The notes: generated by a model from the sequence alone, not told the origin. DNA of 24,047 bases from a virus (IMGVR_UViG_3300012231_000050:1-24047), one strand, 5' to 3'; positions 1 to 5,459 are shown, counted from the first letter of the stretch. A program made the numbers and translations.

Positions 1-28
1 AGGCAGAGGCGTAGGTAGCAATAGGTTG

Positions 29-59
29 AGGATTGGGGAGCTAAATGCTCCCCTTTCCT
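29..59 (+). terminator. Hairpin, probable intrinsic terminator of an upstream unit
   Basis: GGGGAGC(35-41)-TAAAT-GCTCCCC(47-53) followed by TTT; extendable by AGGA/TCCT. It overlaps the ATG at 45. Confidence 0.5.
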
Positions 60-491
60 GAGGCTATGTCACTTAAGAAACTTCGTTCAAGTCCCTTGAT
101 AGAGATTCCCAATCTCGGCCAATATAGCTGGTCTGAACGGCATAGACTTTCGGATATAGAGGGCTTAACTAGGATGGCTACGTGTTCTATTTGTGGTTAC
201 ATCCCAATTAAAAATAAGGGAAGGCTCGCTAACGGAGAACGAAAATGGGTTTGCCTTAATGCAATAACGGCCAGCAAGAAGAAACGTAAAATTGGGAAAT
301 ATACCAAATCGAGTGTTTGTTCCCGATGCGGGTTTGTAGCAGAGCATCTTTGTCAAATCGACGTTCATCATCGAGATGGCGATCCAACAAACAATGATCT
401 AACAAATCTCGAAGATCTCTGCGCAAATTGTCATCGTTATATAACACAGATGGGACGATGCGCTCATGACTACGTACACGGGAGTTCATAA
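45..491 (+). CDS. HNH endonuclease with Zn-binding CxxC motifs
   Basis: CSRCG...IDVHHRDGDPTNNDLTNLEDLCANCH is an HNH motif. The true start may be ATG 66, because ATG 45 lies inside a hairpin. Confidence 0.8.
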   Translation: MLPFPEAMSLKKLRSSPLIEIPNLGQYSWSERHRLSDIEGLTRMATCSICGYIPIKNKGRLANGERKWVCLNAITASKKKRKIGKYTKSSVCSRCGFVAEHLCQIDVHHRDGDPTNNDLTNLEDLCANCHRYITQMGRCAHDYVHGSS

Positions 492-675
492 AACCGATGA
501 TGATCGGTATGAGGCTAAGATCTTTAAGGCCGGTCGCGAGACTCGTATTGGAGTTTATAACTCTGATATTGAGGCTGCAATTGCCTATGATCTTACTGCC
601 GAGGCTGCGCTTGGAGACATCGCACGCCTGAACTTCCCGGAGCGGTCGTCCGTTGCCGCTTCTGACAACGCTTGA
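466..675 (+). CDS. Stand-alone AP2/ERF-type DNA-binding domain protein
   Basis: YTGV...YEAKI...RIGVYNSDIEAAIAYD..A..LG..ARLNFPE follows the AP2 consensus (YxGV...LGxF.t.eeAA.AYD.AA....G..A.lNF). Confidence 0.85.
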   Translation: MTTYTGVHKTDDDRYEAKIFKAGRETRIGVYNSDIEAAIAYDLTAEAALGDIARLNFPERSSVAASDNA

Positions 676-700
676 CACTGACGGCGCAGGGGAGTAGGCT
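672..700 (+). promoter_or_regulatory. Sigma70-type promoter driving the ncRNA array
   Basis: TTGACA(672-677)-17 nt-TAGGCT(695-700). The predicted start near 707-708 coincides with the first hairpin. Confidence 0.75.
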
Positions 701-707
701 GCTCCGC

Positions 708-757
708 GAGCCGGTACGGAGGTAGGTCTACTTCGTGACACACCTTTGTATTGGTTC
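708..757 (+). other. 5' leader hairpin of the ncRNA transcript
   Basis: 16-bp stem with G-U pairs, GAGCCGGTACGGAGGT(708-723)/ACCTTTGTATTGGTTC(742-757). The loop contains TACTTC, as in the array units. Confidence 0.6.
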
Positions 758-774
758 ACTGAACTTTGACAATT

Positions 775-920
775 TTGTGCAGATGCGTAGGAGTGGGTTA
801 CTTCTCATCTGGCGAGGGAGGTTACGGGTTCGAGTCCCGTCACGCAGTTGATCGGCTCTTGCGTGTAGCTCAATTGGTAGAGCGCCAAACGTTACCTAGT
901 CCGCTTAGTTCTCTGCACAA
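775..920 (+). ncRNA. Y RNA unit 1 (YrlA-like) with a complete permuted tRNA-like domain
   Basis: Terminal stem TTGTGCAGA/TCTGCACAA; upper stem GGAGTGGGT/ACCTAGTCC. Payload: TTCTC-ATCTGGC-GAGGG, AGGTT, T-arm ACGGG-TTCGAGT-CCCGT, closed acceptor CACGCAG/TTGCGTG, TA, D-arm GCTC-AATTGGTA-GAGC. T-arm before D-arm is the YrlA arrangement, and a Ro60 gene is nearby. Confidence 0.9.
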
Positions 921-924
921 TATT

Positions 925-1019
925 TCGTAGTGATGCGAGAGAGTGAGTTACTTCTCACCAAAAGCAGGAAGGCTAGTCTTGAGAAACTAGCCACTTACTC
1001 TAAATGGTTCCCACTACGA
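925..1019 (+). ncRNA. Y-RNA-like unit 2
   Basis: TCGTAGTG/CACTACGA; AGAGTGAGT/ACTTACTCT; TACTTC; payload hairpin GGCTAGT-CTTGAGAA-ACTAGCC. Confidence 0.8.
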
Positions 1020-1023
1020 TTAA

Positions 1024-1094
1024 TTGGAACGATGCGAAGGTGTGGGTTACTTCTGCTAAAAGTAAAACCTACACCGTTTTAGTTCTCGTTCCAA
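1024..1094 (+). ncRNA. Y-RNA-like unit 3 (minimal; anticodon stem-loop mimic)
   Basis: TTGGAACGA/TCGTTCCAA; GGTGTGGGT/ACCTACACC; payload TACTT-CTGCTAA-AAGTA. Confidence 0.8.
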
Positions 1095-1096
1095 CT

Positions 1097-1199
1097 TTGG
1101 TTAGATGCGCAGACGTGGGTTACTTCTTGGTAAAGCCGGGGTTTCCCCGTTGGAGGTTCAAATCCTCCAGTCACCTACATCGACTAGTTCTCTAACCAA
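1097..1199 (+). ncRNA. Y-RNA-like unit 4 (variable-arm-like hairpin plus T-arm)
   Basis: TTGGTTAGA/TCTAACCAA; GACGTGGGT/ACCTACATC; CGGGG-TTT-CCCCG followed by GGAGG-TTCAAAT-CCTCC. Confidence 0.8.
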
Positions 1200-1201
1200 C
1201 T

Positions 1202-1289
1202 TGCCCCACTAGGTTGACCTAATTCGTTAGGTTCTCTAGAGATAGATGCGTAGAATTGGGATACTTCGGTTCGACTCCGGGTTGGGGCA
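1202..1289 (+). ncRNA. Y-RNA-like unit 5, circularly permuted scaffold
   Basis: The 3'-half motif (CCTAATTC..GTTC-TCTA) precedes the 5'-half motif (TAGA-TGCG-TA-GAATTGGG-ATACTTC), joined by GAGA. Closed by TGCCCCA/TGGGGCA; T-arm TTCGG-TTCGACT-CCGGG. Confidence 0.7.
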
Positions 1290-1290
1290 T

Positions 1291-1416
1291 GTACCGATGC
1301 GAAGGGTTGGGATACTTCCCGTGATACTGGTTCGAATCCAGTCGGTTACTTCGGTAACTGTGGCAGAAATTGGAAATGCATGGATAAAACTTCCTAGCTC
1401 GTTGTGTTCTCGGTAC
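1291..1416 (+). ncRNA. Y RNA unit 6 (YrlA-like; T-arm, closed acceptor, D-arm)
   Basis: GTACCGA/TCGGTAC; GGGTTGGGA/TCCTAGCTC; ACTGG-TTCGAAT-CCAGT; CGGTTAC-TTCG-GTAACTG; TG-GCA-GAAATTGGAAA-TGC. Confidence 0.87.
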
Positions 1417-1422
1417 TTAATG

Positions 1423-1502
1423 TTTGCGTAGGTGCGTAGGTAAGGGTTACTTCTCACCTGACATGAGGTCAAATACCTTTATCAGTTTGTTCTCTACGTG
1501 GA
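1423..1502 (+). ncRNA. Y-RNA-like unit 7
   Basis: TTTGCGTAGG/TCTACGTGGA; GGTAAGGGT/ACCTTTATC; payload TCTCA-CCTGACA-TGAGG. Confidence 0.78.
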
Positions 1503-1513
1503 CTAGTGCGGTC

Positions 1514-1585
1514 ATGGTCAGGTGCGCAGGTCAAGGGTTACTTCAATTGGTGAAAACACCTTTGACCACAAAGTTCTCTGACCAT
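1514..1585 (+). ncRNA. Y-RNA-like unit 8 (minimal)
   Basis: ATGGTCAGG/TCTGACCAT; GGTCAAGGGT/ACCTTTGACC; payload TTCA-ATTGG-TGAA. Confidence 0.8.
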
Positions 1586-1591
1586 ATATTT

Positions 1592-1759
1592 TAGGCTTGG
1601 CGGGCAGATCACGTAGCGAGCGTGACTGGTAAAAGAAGTGAATCCGAGAAATGAACGGTTAAACTTCTATCTGTTTAGAGTCGCCGCAGTGCTTTAAACA
1701 GAGCGAGCCTAGTGCGGATACAGAGCGGGACTAATCGAGATGCCATATAATTCCCGTTT
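1592..1759 (+). ncRNA. Unidentified pseudoknotted structured RNA, copy A
   Basis: TAGGC..GGGCAGAT..GACTGGT..CGAGCCTA..CGGG..TAATCGAGATG.CA.ATA..CCCGT is shared with 1940-2202; multi-helix junction. Confidence 0.7.
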
Positions 1760-1760
1760 A

Positions 1761-1933
1761 ACGTAGTTGAATGCAGTAGTGGTTAACAACGGCATGTTAT
1801 TCCGGGACGCATGTTCAACGACTACTACTGCATTGAGCTACGTAGGTGCATATAAGTGACACGCATAGGTGAACGGTTCGCGTTCCACACAAATCGCCAC
1901 AACTTCGGTCAATGGGCGAGCCTACGTAGCTCA
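1761..1933 (+). ncRNA. Long-stem structured RNA segment with alternative pairings
   Basis: 24-bp stem 1761-1784/1820-1843 (one mismatch) overlaps a perfect 13-bp stem 1834-1846/1921-1933. Confidence 0.5.
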
Positions 1934-1939
1934 TAAGCA

Positions 1940-2202
1940 ATAGGCATGTCGGGCAGATTGTATCCGGCTTCGGCAAATGTAACGTGGGTGACACAACCCT
2001 ACTACATGGATACGACTGGTGAGGTGGTGAAACACCACTACCGCCTTGAAGTCCACTGAAAGCCGCTGTAGTTTTAGTGTGACAGCAACGACTACACGGA
2101 ATTGAAAGTGCGGGGCGGACGAGCCTATAAAGACGACGGAAGCTATCTGTCACAGCCATGTCGTCGGGTGCGGGGTAATCGAGATGACACATAGGCCCGT
2201 AC
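1940..2202 (+). ncRNA. Unidentified pseudoknotted structured RNA, copy B
   Basis: Same conserved boxes as copy A with expanded arms. TGTGACAG(2078-2085)/CTGTCACA(2147-2154) loop-loop complementarity. The final hairpin is followed by TTTT. Confidence 0.7.
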
Positions 2203-2230
2203 TTTTAATCTACAGAAGAGAGGAGAAAAC

Positions 2231-2248
2231 ATGATGCTAACTAGGTAA
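2231..2248 (+). other. Putative 5-codon minigene (MMLTR)
   Basis: GAGAGGAG-AAAAC-ATG ATG CTA ACT AGG TAA. Confidence 0.4.
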
Positions 2249-2266
2249 TCCTACATAGGAGCAATA

Positions 2267-2506
2267 ATGCTACATGTTCGTGTAGAACCGTCATTTGAGC
2301 CGCTTAGCGTTGAGTATCATGCTCGACGTTTAGTGCGAGAGCAATTCACGCAGGGTAACTTACCTTTCGTAGCTAATGCTACTCGCGCACTTGAACCGGG
2401 TTGGTGCTACGTTTGCGATGAGCGCGCTTGGGTAAAAGTTGGCGGCTACGGTAAGTGTTCTAATTGCCAAGCACTGGCAGAGCGAAATAATAAGCCAGGA
2501 TTCTAA
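2267..2506 (+). CDS. Small Zn-ribbon protein
   Basis: AGGAG RBS; CYVC...CSNC; ends 10 nt before the Ro60 start. Confidence 0.7.
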   Translation: MLHVRVEPSFEPLSVEYHARRLVREQFTQGNLPFVANATRALEPGWCYVCDERAWVKVGGYGKCSNCQALAERNNKPGF

Positions 2507-2516
2507 AGGAGAGGTA

Positions 2517-4067
2517 ATGACTAAATTCTCGGGCAGGCAGGCACGTCCCAACGTGTCTAGTCCGATGCGGACTACGGGAGTACGCGGTACTACGTACGAA
2601 GGTGGTCTAGGTTTTGAGCGCGACGCAAAGACGGAATTATTCCTACTCGCGGTCACTAACATGGTCGCAGAAGATACGTTCTACGAGTCTGGTAAAGATC
2701 GCGATCTTCGCTTCAAAGAACTAGCACATAAGGTTACGGATAAAGATCCGGGTTGGATTCGTAGTTTCATTCCGTATCTCCGAAATGTTATGCAGATGCG
2801 TTCCGCGTCAATCGTACTCGCAGCGCATTACGTCCACGCGAAGGGCGAGAAGGCCCGTGGTGTAGTTGATAGTGCGATGTCTCGCGCCGATGAGCCTGCC
2901 GAGATTCTTGCATACTGGTCGCAGGAGTACGGGAAGAATTTTCCACAGCCGTTAAAGCGTGGGGTAGCAGATGCAGTAGAGCGTCTATACACGGAATACT
3001 CCGCACTGCGGTATGATGGGCAGAGTCGTGCATGGCGCATGGGTGACGTAATTGACCTAGTGCATCCTAAGCCGTTAACTGCGGAGAAGTCCGCACTCTA
3101 CAAGTATCTCCTCGACACACGACATAAGCGCGAGGATATCGGCACTCCCTCCGAAATTCCCATGATTCGTGCATTGAAGTTCGCAAACGATATTCCTGTG
3201 GAGGCTCGTCGTGAGTCGATGCTGAAGAATGGCATTCCACAGGGTATGTCTTGGGAGTCTCTATCCGGTTGGCTACAGGGGCCGATGGATGCAGAGGCGT
3301 GGGAAAATATCATTCCTCAGATGGGTTACATGGCTCTGTTGCGTAACCTTCGAAACTTTGATGAGGCAAACATTTCGAAGGAGTCGCAGAACTACATTCG
3401 TAGCAAGCTGACTAATCCGGAGGAAGTGGCGAAATCTCGACAATTTCCGATTCGGTTCTACTCGGCATGGAAGGCTACGCAGTCTCTCTCGTATGCGCGT
3501 GAAATCGAGGAGGCGTTGGATCTATCCGTCAAGAACATTCCAACGCTGGACGGTCGTACGCTAATCCTAGTCGATGTTTCGGGATCTATGTGGGCACCTA
3601 TTTCTTCTCGCTCGACTGTGCAGCGATATGAACTAGCTGCGCTATTCGGATCTGCCCTCGCACTGCGTAATCGTGGGTCTAGTGATCTTGTCTGGTTCTC
3701 TACTAATTCCTCAAAGATTTGGCCCGCGCATAGTGTCTTGAAGACCATCGATAAGATTGTCGGTAATGGTGGTGGGGGTACGGCAACGTGGCAGGCAGTA
3801 GATACTCACTATAATCACCACGACCGAATCGTGATTATTACCGACGAGCAGGCCCGTGCGTCCTACGGTGCTCGGCGTGAGTACGGAGTGCCGATCTATA
3901 CGTTCAATCTCGCTGGCTATAAGATGGCTCATAACGAACAGGGGGAGAAGGGAAGCTATGTGTTCGGTGGTCTAACTGATGCAGGTTTTGTACTGCTAAA
4001 GGCGCTGGATACGTTGCAGACAGGCGTATGGCCCTGGGACGTTGACAGCCACGATGTAACTGTCTAA
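2517..4067 (+). CDS. rsr: Ro60/Rsr-like TROVE domain RNA-binding protein with C-terminal vWA domain
   Basis: EGGLGFERDAKTELFLLAV, EDTFYE, MGYMALLRNLRN, QFPIRFYSA, MIDAS motif VDVSGSM, GGGT, IITDEQ. AAGGAGAGGT RBS precedes ATG 2517 (the ORF-track start at 2439 is probably too long). Confidence 0.95.
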   Translation: MTKFSGRQARPNVSSPMRTTGVRGTTYEGGLGFERDAKTELFLLAVTNMVAEDTFYESGKDRDLRFKELAHKVTDKDPGWIRSFIPYLRNVMQMRSASIVLAAHYVHAKGEKARGVVDSAMSRADEPAEILAYWSQEYGKNFPQPLKRGVADAVERLYTEYSALRYDGQSRAWRMGDVIDLVHPKPLTAEKSALYKYLLDTRHKREDIGTPSEIPMIRALKFANDIPVEARRESMLKNGIPQGMSWESLSGWLQGPMDAEAWENIIPQMGYMALLRNLRNFDEANISKESQNYIRSKLTNPEEVAKSRQFPIRFYSAWKATQSLSYAREIEEALDLSVKNIPTLDGRTLILVDVSGSMWAPISSRSTVQRYELAALFGSALALRNRGSSDLVWFSTNSSKIWPAHSVLKTIDKIVGNGGGGTATWQAVDTHYNHHDRIVIITDEQARASYGARREYGVPIYTFNLAGYKMAHNEQGEKGSYVFGGLTDAGFVLLKALDTLQTGVWPWDVDSHDVTV

Positions 4068-4070
4068 GCT
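4042..4070 (+). promoter_or_regulatory. Sigma70-type promoter overlapping the Ro60 3' end
   Basis: TTGACA(4042-4047)-17 nt-TAAGCT(4065-4070). Confidence 0.7.
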
Positions 4071-4075
4071 TCTCC

Positions 4076-4186
4076 GCGTCTTCCCTCCCCCAATCCCCTG
4101 GGAAGACGTATGGGCGAGAGAGGATCATTTTGAAAAGTCCAAACCCCCGGACAATTCATAGCTTCTGATCCTCTCTCGCTATTTTT
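4076..4186 (+). ncRNA. Putative small RNA or leader with two C-rich-loop hairpins and a terminator
   Basis: GCGTCTTCCC/GGGAAGACGT with loop TCCCCCAATCCCCT; GGCGAGAGAGGATCA/TGATCCTCTCTCGCT with apical AAACCCCC, then ATTTTT. Confidence 0.55.
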
Positions 4187-4210
4187 GTAATCGAGTAGGA
4201 GGTAGCTCTC

Positions 4211-4915
4211 ATACTGCGTCTAGTCGTGGTACTAAGCACAATATCACTACTATGTGCGATCAACACGGCAACACCGCAAGGAGAGGCAAGATCACAAGTG
4301 AAGAAGCAACAATGCCCCGACGTTGGTAGGGGCATTGACTATTTCAAACACTCGACTTGGAGATGGCAAAAGTTGCGAGGCGTTCCGCTCACAAAGACAA
4401 GCAAGAGACAGATTGCGCCTCATGCTTGTGGCTACGCACGATATGTAGCAAACTTGTGGATGGACCGTTCGTGGGAAGCTAGAGTAAAATACGAGAAATG
4501 GGTAAAAGATCGCACACTCCCTGTAATTAATGATTGGTTGACTGCGATCAGATGGGTCCAACGAATCTATCCCGGTACTTACGATTGGTTGTATTCGATT
4601 TCCGATCGTGAGGGTGGTCATAGCTATTGGGTATGGTTCGGTGGGAGGCGCTGGTCCGGCTACCATATAGGTGATGATTACCTCGGAGCCGATACGGTAG
4701 GCGGGTGGATGCAATTTAGGTATTCGACATTCGCTCCGTATTGGCGACACGCACAGGAGAACTTGAGAGGGCGGGGGTTCATCATCCCCAATTTCAAAAT
4801 GCCTAGTGCTGGCGGTGCTAACCAATATGCGCCATGGTTGTCGCCGATGGGTCAGGCACTAACGGCTGGTTACATGAAGTGGTCAGGTAGAGAAGGATGT
4901 CATTGGTGTCTATAA
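4211..4915 (+). CDS. Secreted lysozyme-like (SLT/Rpf-like transglycosylase) protein
   Basis: Hydrophobic signal-like N-terminus; ISDREGG...GGWMQFRYSTF...SPMGQA...GREGCHW resembles the transglycosylase E-x-G/G-x-x-QF-x-x-ST pattern. Start uncertain (ATA 4211 or GTG 4226). Confidence 0.65.
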   Translation: MLRLVVVLSTISLLCAINTATPQGEARSQVKKQQCPDVGRGIDYFKHSTWRWQKLRGVPLTKTSKRQIAPHACGYARYVANLWMDRSWEARVKYEKWVKDRTLPVINDWLTAIRWVQRIYPGTYDWLYSISDREGGHSYWVWFGGRRWSGYHIGDDYLGADTVGGWMQFRYSTFAPYWRHAQENLRGRGFIIPNFKMPSAGGANQYAPWLSPMGQALTAGYMKWSGREGCHWCL

Positions 4916-4953
4916 TCTCCGAAGGAGTCACATCAGTAATTTGATGCGACTAT

Positions 4954-5457
4954 GTGAGTTCAGCTAGCCCGATATACGAGCAAGAAGTTTGCCCCGCTTG
5001 TGGGCATTTCGTAGACGAACTAGATCCAAATAGTGGATTCTGTTTTGAATGCATAGGATCTACAAAATCTCGATGCCTGGGGTGCAACCGTCTATTTCTA
5101 CGTGACCAATCACATCGACGGTTGTGCCCCTGGTGTCGTGAGGAACGTTGGCTGGAACGTAATGCAGATCGACTTGAAGAATACCTCGCAATCGGTAGTT
5201 CCTTCGACTTTGCTAAGCGTGAGGTTTACTACGAGAATCGACCTATATGCCTATCCTGCGGAGAGCCAATTAAAGGTGCTAGGAATGGAGCAAATTTTTG
5301 CCATCGTACTACTGCCTGCCGGAGATGGCAACGCAGATATCGAACGCTACGCGAGCAGAACATGAAACTTCGTATTCTAGATCCCACGAAACAAGCGTTG
5401 GCCCAAGTCTCTGCCGAAATTTTCGCTAACAAACACAGTATGAATCTACAGGAGTAA
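4954..5457 (+). CDS. Multi-Zn-finger hypothetical protein
   Basis: CPAC, CFEC, CLGC, CPWC and CLSC...C..C motifs. Confidence 0.75.
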   Translation: MSSASPIYEQEVCPACGHFVDELDPNSGFCFECIGSTKSRCLGCNRLFLRDQSHRRLCPWCREERWLERNADRLEEYLAIGSSFDFAKREVYYENRPICLSCGEPIKGARNGANFCHRTTACRRWQRRYRTLREQNMKLRILDPTKQALAQVSAEIFANKHSMNLQE

Positions 5458-5459
5458 TT

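Larger units (their letters stand above)
775..1585 (+). repeat. Tandem array of eight Y-RNA-like structured units
   Basis: Eight copies of GRTGCG...G(G/A)G(T/A)TACTTC and eight GTTCYC boxes, each flanked by unit-specific complementary stems. Units are separated by 1-11 nt. Confidence 0.9.

Noticed and set aside
708-757. Group II intron domain V (GAGCCG...GGTTC)
   Set aside because: It lacks the 2-nt bulge and GNRA-capped 34-nt geometry. There is no domain VI, maturase or interrupted gene.
802-1380. Canonical tRNA genes (GGTTCGA T-loops, TAGCTCAATTGGTAGAGC)
   Set aside because: The arms are permuted or incomplete, acceptor stems in units 1 and 6 are closed by loops, and no CCA is encoded. 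They are better explained as Y RNA tRNA-mimic domains.
775-1585. CRISPR array
   Set aside because: The conserved words are short and bipartite, the period is irregular (about 70-150 nt), flanks pair within each unit, and there is no cas operon. The Cas4-like nuclease lies in a normal phage recombination module.
1834-1933. Retron msr-msd (long inverted repeats)
   Set aside because: No reverse transcriptase is present in the window and no clear msr/msd layout is visible.
1004-2192. ORFs 1004-1195, 1246-1431, 1236-1472 and 1815-2192
   Set aside because: They have no RBS or recognisable motifs and overlap covarying RNA structures.
2439-2516. N-terminal extension of Ro60 from TTG 2439
   Set aside because: It overlaps the Zn-ribbon gene, and a strong RBS precedes ATG 2517.
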